From contig NMRA01000230.1 of NCBI GenBank assembly GCA_002633005.1, forward strand, positions 1-64,000: 64,000 bases of DNA, read 5' to 3'. The position numbers and the translations under genes are program-made. Below are positions 13,447 through 25,582 of the stretch, one piece after another; the stretch's first letter is position 1, and the number at the start of each line of letters is the position of its first letter. Source of the DNA: Phoronis australis. Lineage: Eukaryota; Animalia; Phoronida. The notes beneath the pieces were generated by a model that was given only the letters and a program-made list of their open reading frames with translations, searched no databases and was not told where the DNA came from.

Positions 13447-13871
13447 TGTAAACGTATGTGTTACAGATCTGGGACCCAGTTCCATTCGATAAATTCGTAC
13501 GCATCTGTTAATTTTTGTATTATTAAAGGTTTGACCGATCGGATTTCAATTCATACAACTAGTATTTACGAGCTTCCAAATGGAATGGATCGAGATTTTA
13601 TGGGCGAGGGAAAAAGGGTTGCTTGGGACTGGCACGGTTAGCTTCTACTGGTGTCTGCTTACTTGCGACCCCATTTTCTCTCGCCGTGAAACATGGCCAT
13701 GGCATCCTTTTTCTTTTCTTTCGTATCCCCTGGAATTATAAACAGATATCAGAGCATAGAGTTAAGAACGACTCCTCGCGATATGACAATTACTTTACAT
13801 GTTTCTTCTTCGCAGCCGAATGGATGCAGTTGACCGTGAATGAACGAAATCAAATCAAACCTTTTGAGCGC

Positions 13872-13888
13872 CTAGAACCCGTGTAGGC
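13872..13888 (-). CDS. Secreted compact C-type-lectin-like protein A, exon 4 (C-L-H-G-F-stop)
   Basis: Acceptor TTTTGTCTCTTAG; phase-1 join T+GC=Cys; TAG stop; conserved in copy B. Confidence 0.65.
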
Positions 13889-14031
13889 CTAAGAGACAAA
13901 ACTGGACATGTACTAATCAACTGCACTTGTTTTGGATCGAGTGTTATCGCACTCAGACACATAGGTAAAACAAAATGACACGCGCACGCGAGCATCCACG
14001 CGCGAACGAACGCAGACACACATATACTTAC

Positions 14032-14156
14032 AGCACTGACAGATGAATGGGTAAGTGTCGCCGTAAATATTTTTAATGTTCTCAGACGTAACTGTATTGT
14101 CGTTGTTTATTTTGAACCGGATTCCACCATACATCATGTACCACGTGTCCAGTTGT
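14032..14156 (-). CDS. Secreted compact C-type-lectin-like protein A, exon 3 (QLDTWYMMYGG...YPFICQC)
   Basis: Acceptor GTCCTTTTCAG, donor GCT|GTAAGT; 125 bp, phase 2-1; ends in the CTLD-type PFICQ motif. Confidence 0.85.
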
Positions 14157-14460
14157 CTGAAAAGGACCATTTGGGGCCATCAGTAAAGTTCCCGCTTAGT
14201 TTCATGCGCCACAAGTGTGACTCGGTAAATCAATTCGCAGGCACTCTCATCAGCTGCTCGACGTGACACAGTAATGTGAGGTATGCATGAGCATCCAAAA
14301 TGGTCGCCGAGCAGGTAAGTTTCCACTGACTAAAGGAAGTGTATTTACTAAAAATACAATTCAGATCGTTAGCGAGAGGTATCCATTCTAATTAAATGTT
14401 CGTTGTCACAGGCGTTCTCAGATTCTGATCGTCCCCAAAACACTATATACAATACTGCAA

Positions 14461-14904
14461 GGTACATGTATGACACGCGGGACAAGGAATCCCACTGGTG
14501 CTTCACTTCATCCATCCATATCAAACACAAAATTCAACAAATTTAGACAAAACATGGTTTAAACAATTGGCTGTTATTCTTTCTTCTAATACCATTCACG
14601 GTGTCCTGCTCAAGCGAGTTTGCAACAAAGTCGCATTCAAAGCACAAAAATGTTCCCAAAAAGCCCACGCGTACTTCCTCCTTTGACTGTTCGAGGTCAA
14701 GGACGGTACGGAATTATCCTATGTGTTTCAGATAGACGGCAAATTAACTGTTCATCACGGAAGGTTACAAAATCGTCTGGCTAAGCGTGGAGTTACCGAT
14801 GTCGTGACTTTCCGTAACTCATCGGATAATTCTGAGTTTTGTGTTTGATATGGGCGGCTGAAGTGAAGCACCCGTGGAATTCCTTGACCCGAGTGTCATA
14901 CCTT
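14461..14904. repeat. Intronic fold-back with ~70-bp inverted arms
   Basis: GACAAGGAATCCCACTGGTGCTTCACTTCATCCATCCATATCAAACACAAAA vs TTTTGTGTTTGATATGGGCGGCTGAAGTGAAGCACCCGTGGAATTCCTTGAC; same structure in B at ~36870-38015, split by a hAT MITE. Confidence 0.8.
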
Positions 14905-15850
14905 TTATCAGAAGCTGGGGACGCCTATGATCTAGGCAATGTGTTTCAAATTCAACAGTTCACCGAAAGGCTACCCCGATGACCAATTTGCATCAAGAGA
15001 AAGTAGCCTAACAACGTGGGAGACTTTGTAAATTGGGAAAACTGATTGGTTGAAAGTTTTGTGCTGCTAGTAGAAGCTCCAGAGGTGCAGATTTTATTAT
15101 GTGGGCGTGATGTGATATTGCAAATCCAACATTTACTTTCGTACCCCTTTGTTTTATTTTCACTTGATACGAGGCCAGTGCGAGCTTGCGCATTGGAGCA
15201 GACTTGTACGTGGGATAGTCTTATACATGTAAGTGAGGTTCGAAATAGGAAGCACGCTGCTTAGATCAGATGATGCCATTCTTCTACATTGGATCTATCC
15301 TCACCAAGCAAACGTGAACTTAAACAAAGACGCCTCTGATTAACGATCCCAAGTGTGTTTTTAACAGTTGCAAAAGTTTTAATCAGTGAAAACTAGACTG
15401 CGTGGCGGCTATGTTGGATCGCTCTCGCCATACCTGTATATCGAATGGTGTCATGCCGAGCTCAGCAGGTGAAAGAACCTGTGGTCAAATTGTGTTTTTG
15501 CTATAACTCAGCTGATAATAGGCTATCATTAGTGACGCAGGATATTGCTTGGGTCAACAATTTGACCGTAAAATGGTGGATAGTAAGGTAACTTCATTAA
15601 AACCTGTGAGTCCGACTGAAACGACTGAATATACGTTTTGTAATTTTTACAATAGCGCCATGTTAGAATTTGAAAAATGGTCTTCCTTTGGTGCTAGGCA
15701 AAGGAACTAAACAAAAATAATGACAAATTTTAACTACGAACACTTTATCTTGACTCTGGGCTCTTCATTATAATGAAACCGATATCAACTTTATTAGTCA
15801 ATTATATTGTTTTAGGTAGTCTTGATTTAAGATTGATTATCACTACTCAC

Positions 15851-16010
15851 AGTCCGATGTTTGTAAGACGATACGTTAAGCCAAGAAATAAATCCGCAGC
15901 CGATTTCCCATTTACGCTATCACTGCACTCAACCCTGGCATCCTCGTAGGTCATCATCCCAGCATGGACTTTAACGACGTGCCAAGAATCAACTTCCGTG
16001 TATCCGGAAC
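15851..16010 (-). CDS. Secreted compact C-type-lectin-like protein A, exon 2 (CSGYTEVDSWHVVKVH..MTYEDARVEC..NGKSA..IGL)
   Basis: Acceptor CTCATTTTAG, donor CT|GTGAGT; 160 bp, phase 1-2, open frame; TYEDAR-x-x-C resembles CTLD helix 1. Confidence 0.85.
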
Positions 16011-17510
16011 CTAAAATGAGATTAAAGCCCAAGAAAACATGAGGCCAAGTACTTTGGGTTGGTCTTCATGCAGTTCAGTAGTCAAATATTACATCCTGGC
16101 ACGAGCAGTGCAAAAATGGCCAGAGTTGCTAATTTTGGCAACTGAATGAAGGACTGTTAGAAAAATAGTGATTTTTTTCGCTTCAGCCCAACTCCCCCAC
16201 ACCAAATTTCTGGTCTGCACGCCGTTCAGTACTTCCATTCTCTAATTGCGGCAGATATTGAAAACGCAAGATTTCCCTTGCCGCGCGCCAACTCTGGTGA
16301 CCCCCATACCTAAACATCCACGTATCGAACATTGTTGACGTGTCTGATTATCCTAACCCTCTGCTGCGGGGGAACCGTTGAATAATGACGAGACAGGTTT
16401 TCACGAATGTGAGGTAATTTTTTATTAGGCTGAAAATTCTTCACATTAAATTTAGACCTTGTGAAAAAACTAACTGGGGTCATTTTTCACAAGGTCATTA
16501 TTTAATGCTACACCGGCTCGGTTTGGTATATTTCCACTCGGTTTCCAGTGGGAAATTCTGTATTTTGGGTACACTATATTTCGGTTGCGCAATTCAGTCG
16601 TACAGCTTTGATATTTTGGTTACTATACACTCTACTTTTTGGGCAAGTTTTGAGTCACAAAACAAAGAGCTCGTAAGCGAGCAGTGCAAATCTACAAAAT
16701 TTCCAATATTAACTTCGACATAAGTACAGATTTTGGAGGGATTTTTTGTTTTTATACAACAGAAAACATCTGATTTTGGAATACATATTAAGAAATTAGT
16801 TTTTAAAGCATAATATATTTCAACAGAGAACATCATTTAGATGAACTGATTTTGAAGGCTAACGAGAAAGTTCGGGGATGTTATTTTTCAGTACGAGTAA
16901 AATAAATATGATTGTCATTAATGCCAAATATTTACTTAATTACAATTAACAAACAGCACCATCATTGGATAACAGCATATGCTGGTCAATAACTATCTTT
17001 TTAATTGATCTTTTATGGCCTCAATCACCAAGACTGATGTGGAAACAACGCATAGTCGCTCCGCTTAAACTGTGGTGGCAGAACATAAAAACCTAGTTGC
17101 AGCACCACTAAGCTCCATGGCCGAACCAAAAAATCCATGACTGAAGGACAGGACCAAAAATTAACTCTTTGGCTGCAGGCATAACACTGCGGGCCCCGGG
17201 ATGTTCTGATTGATGCCGTAGGGCTCCCAGTGTTTTCTGCCATTTTGTCCTGTGCAACACTCTCCAATATGGCGTCATATTGACAACGCGAGCTTCATGT
17301 ATCTGAGTGGTGCGCGCCCGGTGTATGTCATGTCTATGCTCCAGACGTTCAGTGCAAAGCGACGTCTGGTGAGACAATAGGGCTGGAGCAACATACAATA
17401 TGTAACCAGCTCTTCATCTTTCGACCAGTGTCAGGCCAATCAGGAATAGATAGGCATGTACATGTACATTGCCGGCCATAATGTTGATTTCAATAAAGAT
17501 AAATACTTAC

Positions 17511-17583
17511 ATTTTGCAGCTCCATGTACAACAAAATTTACCAACAACAACGAAAACGCGTACAGCAGCTTCAAGTTTGCCAT
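17511..17583 (-). CDS. Secreted compact C-type-lectin-like protein A, exon 1 (signal peptide MANLKLLYAFSLLLVNFVVHG-AAK)
   Basis: Kozak-like AAGATGG, hydrophobic signal peptide, donor T|GTAAGT, TATA box upstream. Confidence 0.85.
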
Positions 17584-17635
17584 CTTCAGTCAAGAGCTGT
17601 TCGGTGGTTTGCAAATGTGACTCGTTTGTACGGCG

Positions 17636-17642
17636 TTTTATA
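17636..17642 (-). promoter_or_regulatory. TATA box of lectin-like gene A
   Basis: TATAAAA 53 bp upstream of the ATG; identical in copy B. Confidence 0.75.
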
Positions 17643-18979
17643 CAAAGCGCTGCACCGCATAGGAAATTTAATTGATTGTTATTCTATGATAAACGGAAAG
17701 CCGGGAGAGAGCGGCCGTTGCGGATCGAGGGAAAAGGTTACTTGTAAGCAATGAAATAAGTAAATGAAAAAATTGATCAAGTACATAAAAATCTAACATT
17801 TTTTTGAAAAAAATCAACACTTTTCAGGATTTTGTCAATAAAACTCCTGCCACCGGACGGACGCTAAAGCCATTTACGGAAAGGGACAACTTTGAAATCC
17901 GAAACTTTATTTTCCAATAGAAAACTTATTTCTTGACACATGCTAGAAAAATAGATAAAATTAAGTATTTATAAATTCGTTGAATACCTGTTATTTCCTC
18001 GGTCGATACATTTATTTATTATAAATTCAAGATTCTATAGAAAAAGTAAAATCAATTGAAGACGTGATAGAAGTGGTTTACTTTATACACTGGTAGTTTG
18101 GACAAATGAATTCAGATTCTAGTAAGTTGTGCACACCTAAAACCTTTACAAAATCGATACTGCGCGAATAATAGTTTATAACTTTTTCATTAATTAATAC
18201 AAACTTGATTCAATACACGTCGATTTTCTCTGTTGAACACATTGGTGTACACTCTCTATCGTTATATTTTGACAAGTATTCTGAATGAGAACAGAGGTCA
18301 GGATAATTGCTAGATAAATTAAGGTTATCTCCAACCTAATTCACAAAGAATGGCTATTTTTTACAATGTTTCACCTGTGTCAAGTTAAATACCTTATCTT
18401 CATTCTCGGGGAACTTTAAATACAAAATATATACGGCGTAGCGAGAAAAAAAGATTTAACAAAACCACATTGGAACCGCACAAAAGTGTGGATATTTGTT
18501 TACTTCTTATCCGAGGTCAAAGGTTAAAAGACTTTCAATCAAATAGAATCTCCCACCAGGTACAGAACAGCTTCGTATACCCTCAGTCCTTTCATTCACA
18601 AAATTGCCATAATATTGAGTAAACGAGGTGAACTTATGGTAGAATGGTGCCGGGTTGATCCTAAGGGAGCTGTGCGTTTACATGCGTCCGACCGTTGGTG
18701 TTGAGAACGAATGCTACTGTCGCTTCAAGCCTCTGTGGTCATGAACACAGCAAATTGTGAAAAGAGATAAATCCTCACCCTAACTCCTTCATTCAATTAA
18801 TAAACTGAAATTTCAATGTTTCAATTTCATGCTAACGACATGTTTTAACGACGGATACGATTTTTGTTATCCATTTCTTACTTGGTTTCGTATCATTGTC
18901 CCAGCACGTGACGTGTACAGGCTATAGACCTAATTCACAGGACAGACATTAAAATCCAAAGCGAGGCTCACTGCCATAA

Positions 18980-19640
18980 GGAGGCACTGAACAGTTCTCA
19001 CAGGGATTTGCCTATGAGAACACACGACAATTGACTCTTCACCCTTTCTTCACTCTGTCAAAAACTGCATGCAAATAAAGAAAAGTTTTGAGTCATTTCA
19101 CATCACAAGCCCTACAGATGAGGACAGAAACGTTGTAGTCTCTTGTATTTTTGACCTTTTCACTCCCAGTGGAAACCAAGCTGAACTAAGAAAAATAAGG
19201 ACAAAAAATGCAAAATCGGCACTTTCACCCAAAAATCACCACTTCCCTGCAGACGCTCGACTAAAGCCAACATTAGATTCCGAAAGCAAATTTCCTACCA
19301 ATTTCAAAAATTTGGTCCAAAAGTACTGTCAACCAACTAGTTTTTTGAAAATCGGGCTTGTTTGAGGGCTACCTGAAATCGCGGCCAATTTTTCAGTTGC
19401 TACACAGCTATGCACAACTGCAATAGGGGGCCACCATCCTGAAGAAGAGTGCAGCAACAGCCGAGAAAATGGTCTTTTTAATTTTCAGCATGTTCACAAA
19501 TACAAACAAACCAAATTCACTTGGCCTACATGTACATACAATACCTAACTAAAATGCCCCCAAGCTTTGCCTACCCCTAGATTTTAATATTTTGGGAGTG
19601 CAAACTGGCCGCGGCCGCAGTCTAACTGTTCAGAGCCACC
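18980..19640 (+). mobile_element. ~660-bp non-autonomous Kolobok-type element
   Basis: TIRs GGAGGCACTGAACAGTT / AACTGTTCAGAGCCACC; A/T-only 4-bp flanks ATAA / TAAA; family copies at 21254, 29094 and 40789. Confidence 0.75.
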
Positions 19641-19916
19641 TAAACATAGCGAAAGTCGACATTGCGTGATTTAAATGGCCTGTCTTTCGAGTCCAACCTG
19701 GATATTAAATCTTAAACTCTGTCGGTAATTAACCACAGAGACGTAGAAAAATACATCAGAGAGTCAATACACCAAAGAGTTGTCTGACGAAAGGGTATAA
19801 GCTTTTTTCGGAAAACTAGGTTCGAAACATGAAAAGTAAATGTGACCTAACTGCGGCGATCGTAGTGTTACGTATTAGGTATTATGCTGAAGCAGGGTTA
19901 CGTTTCTTCTTGCAAA

Positions 19917-20472
19917 TTTTTCTCTTCCCGTTTAAAATCGCACTCCAGACGACTGAAAATGGGTCAACATGCGCCAGATCCACCATCTTGAAAGCAACTT
20001 CCGGTTTTTCGGCTTTGTATAATAGCATGTTATAAGAAACTAAAACCTGTAAAAATTCGAAGGAATTGGTTTAATAATACGCCCTCTAGAGGAGAAAACG
20101 TTTTTAGGCCAAAATCGAGGTGCGCATGCGCAATCGCCGATATTTCCGCCATATTTAAACGGAAGTAAACAATTTCCAGTGTACTCATAGCAAACTTCCG
20201 GTCCATTTACTATGCCGATTCTTAGCCTTTTACGTAAAAAATTGTAGCCTCCAGAAGCATTTGAACCTTTAAATGGAAACAAAATGGCCGCCACAGCCGC
20301 CATCTGGGATCCAATTTTGACGAAAAACAATAGGCTTCAAGTACTTCCGGAAGTACGTGTTATGTGTAAATTTCGTGACGATCGGACGAAAATTGCGACC
20401 TGTATCGTGCGAACAAACAAAAACAAAATAAAAAATGAAAGCACTCTGAGGAGCGAAACTTGGCGAAATTAA
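19917..20472. mobile_element. Truncated HINE/DINE-1-like (non-autonomous Helentron-like) element
   Basis: Near-identical to 20940-22110 minus the Kolobok insert; AAATTTCGTGACGATCGG followed by an ACAA-type microsatellite and half of the terminal hairpin. Confidence 0.6.
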
Positions 20473-20479
20473 CCAAAAA

Positions 20480-20560
20480 AATGACGATAAAGATGATGAC
20501 GAATATGACGAATATGACGACGATGATGATGAATATGATGATGGTGGTGGCGATGATGAA
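20480..20560. repeat. Degenerate (GAT/GAC)n microsatellite
   Basis: ATGACGATAAAGATGATGACGAATATGACG...GATGATGGTGGTGGCGATGATG. Confidence 0.8.
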
Positions 20561-20669
20561 CAATATCACAACATTCATATGACGAACTTAGATGTCATAA
20601 ATCAATAAGAAATAGGCTACAGTCTACTTCAATAGAAGATAAACCAACATCAATGCAGCAAGAGCGCTC

Positions 20670-22184
20670 AACAAAGGAACAGCGTTATCAGAAAATCTAA
20701 AATAACTCGAAAAGTAGACGGCCTAGCGAAAAATGGAAAACATCTTCTGAAAGCCCGTTGAAATTTCTATCTAAACTGATGGTATCGCCTAATTTTGTAA
20801 ATTTTTCGAAAAAATGAAATTTTGCGTTTTTTAAGAAACTCAAAGTCAAATAACTCAAAAACGGTAAGTCTGAGAAAAAAATTGTTACAAGCCATTTAAA
20901 GATTATACTTTAAACAATCTACATGCAAAAAATCACGTCTTTTTCTTTTCCCGTTTAAAATTGCACTCCAGACGACTGAATATGGGACAACATGCGCCAT
21001 ATCCGCCATCTTGAAAGCAACTTCCGGTTTTTCGGCTTTGTATAATAGCATGTTACAAGAAACTAATACCTGTAAAAATTCGAAGGAATTGGTCTTATAA
21101 TACGCCCTCTAGAGGAGAAAATGTTTTTAGGCCAAAGTCGAGGTGCGCATGCGCGATCGCCGACATTTCCGCCATCTTACCGGAAGTAAACAATTTCCGG
21201 TATACTTGTAGCAAACTTCAGGTCCATTTACTGTGCTGATTCTTAGCCTTTTAGGAGGCACAGAACAGTTCTCACAGGGGTTTGCCTGTCAGAACACACG
21301 TCAATGCACTCTTCACCCTTTCTTCACTTTGTCAAAAACTACATGCAAATAAGGAAATGTTTTGAGTCATTTCCCATCACAAGCCCTACAGATGAGCACA
21401 GAAACTTTATTCTCTCTTGTATTTTTGACCCATTCACTCCCAGTGGAAACCAAGCTGAACTAAGAAAAATGAGGGCAAAAAATGCAAAATCGGCACTTTT
21501 CACGCCAAAATCACCACTTTCCTGCCGATGCTCGACTAAAGCCAACATTAGATTCCGAAAGTAAATTTCCTACCGATTCCAAAAATGTGATCCAAAAGTA
21601 CTGTCAACCAATTAGTTTTTTTGCAGATCTGGCTTGTTTAAGCGCTTCCGGAAATCGCGGCCAATTTCTCAGTTGCTACACAGCAATGCACAACTGCAAC
21701 AGGGGGCCACCATCTTGAAGAAGAGTGCAGCTACAGCCAAGAAACTGGCCTTTTTTCATTCCCAGCATGTTCACAAATACAAAAAAAACATTCATTTGGC
21801 CTACACACAATGCCTAACTAAAAATGCCCCCAAGCCTGGCCTAGCCCTAGATTTTAACATTTTGGGAGTGCAAATTGACCGCGGCCACAACCTAACTATT
21901 CAGTGCCACCTTTACGTAAAAAATTGTAGCCTCCAGAAGCATTTGAACCTTTAAATGGAAACAAAATGGCCGCCACAGCCGCCATCTTGGATCCGATTTT
22001 GACGAAAAACAATAGGCTTCCAGTACTTCCGGAAGTACGTGTTTTGTGTAAATTTCGTAATGATCGGACGAAAATTGCGACCTGTATCGTGCGAACAAAC
22101 AAAAAAAAACAAAATTAGTGTCAGAGCAACATACTTGGCGAAATATTTTATACTTGGCGAAATTTATTTCGACAAGTAATTAAC
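20670..22184. mobile_element. HINE/DINE-1-like element carrying a nested Kolobok insert
   Basis: ACAA repeat, then terminal stem-loop TACTTGGCGAAAT-TT-ATTTCGACAAGTA (22151-22178); start boundary approximate. Confidence 0.6.
21254..21910 (+). mobile_element. Kolobok-type element, TSD TTTA
   Basis: GGAGGCACAGAACAGTT...AACTATTCAGTGCCACC flanked by TTTA on both sides; empty site CTTAGCCTTTTACGTAAAAA at 20221. Confidence 0.85.
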
Positions 22185-22269
22185 TTTTTAATACAAAAAA
22201 CGAAATAACAGGGTTGGAAGTCTATTTAGGGTTGACTTGTCAAAGAACTATCCAATGTTATGCAGTCAG

Positions 22270-22985
22270 TGTTGCTGATGTTACTACAGTTGTTACAGCT
22301 GTACATTTCTGTACAGTTTGACCCAGCATTGCAGCACAAACTCAGTTTCCCAGCACAGATGTTTTTTTGCACTTGCAGCGTTCATCGTTTAGTGCTGTCA
22401 ATGGAGATGCGGTCATTGCCATACATTTTAACTGCAAAGCTCCACTGCCAAGGAGCCAACTATGGTCGACTAGAGAGGGCACAGCACTGCACACTGGTGA
22501 TTGGCCCGCAGGCAACGAAGGGTCAAACACTAAGTCCTTGTTTGGAGGCGGGTACTATTTGGGCAAATGTTTGATTCAAAATATGTTATAATGGGCTGTG
22601 TTAATTAGAGTCAGCTAGTGAATTATTGAACACTAGCCTCAATTCACTTTCGTATCTCTTAGTCCGGCACAAACTACAAACAGTGAGTAGCTTCAACAAT
22701 ATTTCTTAAGATTGCCTGTACAAATAACTTCATGCACACCAGCTTTCTGAAGAACAGCTTCAAAGTATTGCTTAAGTTTTGAAAGGCAAATGACATCTCC
22801 TTATGTTAGAAGCTTTGATTCAGTGAACTCTAAATAAAACTGTAGAAGAACATCTCTGAAAACCGTGGATTCGTCACTCTTCACAATCGTTGTCTTTCTA
22901 TTTTTTGTAGCATGATGATCTGTGGTACTTGGCTTCTAAGACATAAGGTCTTTATCTTTGAATTTCATTTGTATATTCAAGGCTC
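22270..22985 (-). pseudogene. Internally deleted Academ-like transposase remnant
   Basis: Minus strand gives KDL..(fs)EAKYHRSSCYKK (~22900-22955) and PSLVDHSW..L..RCKCK(fs)IC..LCCNAGSNCTEMYSCNNCSN (Cys-rich CXC tail); frameshifts and stops. Confidence 0.62.
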
Positions 22986-23549
22986 TGGACTGAGCTGTTG
23001 CTTGCGATACAAGTCCAACTGAAAAAAAAACCCGAACTGTTAACACTAATTTAACATTCAACTACGAGTGAGTTGGCATGCAACTTTTTCAGACGGACTT
23101 ATCAGGAACTGATCCAACACCAGCCTAACAAATTTATATGCGGTCTGATCTGTAGCCTAAAAATGTTGATCGTCTAATAATTAGATTAGTTGATGCAACT
23201 GAAAATAAATCAGTTGATACACCAGTGCAGTGATTGAAATTTAATTTTTTAAATCAGATGCTCAAACCATAGTCAATCGATTTACACTTAAGGTAATCGA
23301 CGTTTGACGAAATGGACAGTGGCTTCCATTGTCCTCAAATTTCGACGGCGACGATGGCCACTTAGGCACTTTGATTTAATTATCATTGCAGCTACCTAAG
23401 TAATTAATGTTTACAGAAATTGAGAAGAGGTTCCCCCTATCTCAGGACTGAATACCAAACTTAAGCTTGCAATGTGTTAGTTGAATAATGGCTGATCTAA
23501 AGTGCGGGTTTGCGAATTTATCTATTTATCTGGCACTGCCAGTCGCATC

Positions 23550-23950
23550 GAACGGGGTATTTCTACAAATTGCGGAAACTCTTGGGAAATGCACAAGGAA
23601 TAGAGCGAGACATTTGAGAACCTTAAAAGTAAGGGAAGCTGATGTGGACGTAAAACGTGTCTGTCTCAGTGTCTGCCTCGGAGGCAGGTGTGCAGCAGGA
23701 GCTACTGTACATAATAATCTACCGTAGTAGATTCACTTGCCCGAATCATCGTTGCAACCCTCGACATATATTGGCGTCGCCAAAGGCACTCAGTACATCC
23801 ACTGCACACTGGAGGAGAAATCTGATAGGGGTCTGAAAAGTGAACGAAGACGTTAAGTCAAGATTCAACGTCGTGCTTCTTGTGAGCTCAGGTAGGAATC
23901 ACCAAACTCCAGGGTCTGACCCTGAAGAATATTTTTAGAAGCACGTCATT
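23550..23950 (+). pseudogene. Decayed hAT transposase fragments
   Basis: VFLQIAETLGKCT..VREADVDVKR, PKAL(fs)YIHC and TPGSDPEEYF* are recognisable hAT motifs, with frameshifts and deletions. Confidence 0.55.
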
Positions 23951-24574
23951 CATTCAAAACTACTTTTATTGACACACCGCGATTGCTTATAACTTGGGCC
24001 TTATTGCTTAATCTTATCTTATTCAAATGTGTTGATGTTTATACAACTACAGTCTACATGAATACATTGGCATAGAAAATACTAGGTAGTCATCATAACT
24101 TTTCATAACAACCACCAAATGTGTAACATGACTTCTGCCCATAAACTACTTTTAGAGACTAGGGAGTATGTTATGTCTGCCAATGAATTTCTGCGATTAT
24201 GAAGTTAATTAAACATGCTAAAGCCGTCAAAACTATTGGTGCATTTCTCAAAAATATTACATTGTCAATTGTTTTATGTTTCAATGTTATGAAGAGAAAT
24301 ATATACCGGTAATGCACAACTCATTAATTTCACAATGAACGCTAACACATAGGTAGTGCGAATAATTTAAATCGGTCTCAATATTTTCTACATGTAATGT
24401 GCCATACCTCTGTTTTATACCTTTTTTATTTTGAAAATGTTTATAATCAAATCTGAATAATTTATTTGTGATGCCTTCACTTTAGCTTGGTATTCATATT
24501 TTCTGGGCCGAAATGGCCACAATAAATTTAATAATTTTTTCATTAATACAATTTTAGGAATCAGGAAAGGCTCA

Positions 24575-24835
24575 TGCTAAAGAAGTGGCTTCTGCTGAAG
24601 TTGGAGTCCTGCCGATTATTAGTAAAGGTTGGGTATGGAAAAGTTCAAAACCAGCAAGAAGGTACCCTTCTGGACAACTAAGTGAGGGGGCTAGAGAGAG
24701 GCCGAAAATTCTACTCCCAGAAGATATGTCAAAGAGAATTTGTAACTTGAGGAACGAGTCGGGGAAAAAGTATTTGCCAAAGATTACTGGCTTATACCAC
24801 AACAGGTCCAAAGTAATTTGTTGAGATAGGCCACT
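24575..24835 (+). pseudogene. C-terminal remnant of a large DNA-transposon transposase (Sola-like, tentative)
   Basis: KGWVWKSSKPARRY..PEDMSKRICNLRNE(fs)GEKVFAKDYWLIPQQVQSNLLR* resembles the GWALK..RF..F..WLT.QQI.S.FSR tail of invertebrate transposases; family assignment is from memory. Confidence 0.5.
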
Positions 24836-25582
24836 CTCAGCAAATATGGGGAAACTGGGACAGAGGAAGTGGAGTATGCATAGAAAGAGGCAATCTGCGA
24901 TTGTCAAGGATGTAGCATTGTAAAAATTCAAAGGGAGGAAACAGTACAGTGACTGGACCTGTAAGTACTCTGGCTGATCTGCTAAATCTAGTGGGGGCAT
25001 TATTGTGTCAGCACAAGTAGGCTTGTGTGTTGTCGCAAGGTTTGTTTGCACCAGAACTGCTTGTGTGAACAGCACAAATCTAAAATTTACCTGGACTGAA
25101 TTTTTGTCCAGGCACCGATCATGATCATGGGCCACATGGTAATGGTACGTTGTTCATTTTGTTTAGCCACTGGATTTTTTGGTCTGACAGGATTTCTCAG
25201 TGTGGCCATCACATTTAGATGATTTCTGACCACTGTTCTGTTCCTTTTCCTTGAAGATGCATAATTGATCTGAATTTATGTTTCTGCATTTTATTTACCA
25301 TTATAGATTGTTGTTTGTGAATGGGTATATATTACTGAAATTTGAGCCCCTGTTGCAGTTAGGCTGGTTTGTAAACCCATATTCTGTCCAGGAGGTAATA
25401 AGTTTTGACTTAGACCATTTACCTCTATAAACTTTGCTCAGTTTGTTCCTTATCAAGATGGGAGGTGATTTCTGGAATTGTAGCGAATTGACAGTTTGCT
25501 ATTTCTTGAGACCATGCTGTGTGTATAAAATCACACACTATTAGACTGGTCTCTTGCAATTGCATATTGCCAGATCTTTCAA

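Larger units (their letters stand above)
10724..19915 (+). repeat. Segmental duplication copy A (paralogous to 27881-41430 and 46675-51311)
   Basis: Starts at ACTTAATGTCTAAATGACCAAACGTTAGG (also 27881; degenerate at ~46675); homology to B ends at TTACGTTTCTTCTTG (also ~41428). Confidence 0.93.

Noticed and set aside
17469-17754. Plus-strand ORFs conserved with 30982-31267
   Set aside because: Antisense to the real promoter and exon 1; conservation is explained by the duplication
24572-25135. 187-aa minus-strand ORF
   Set aside because: No recognisable motif; the opposite strand carries the transposase remnant
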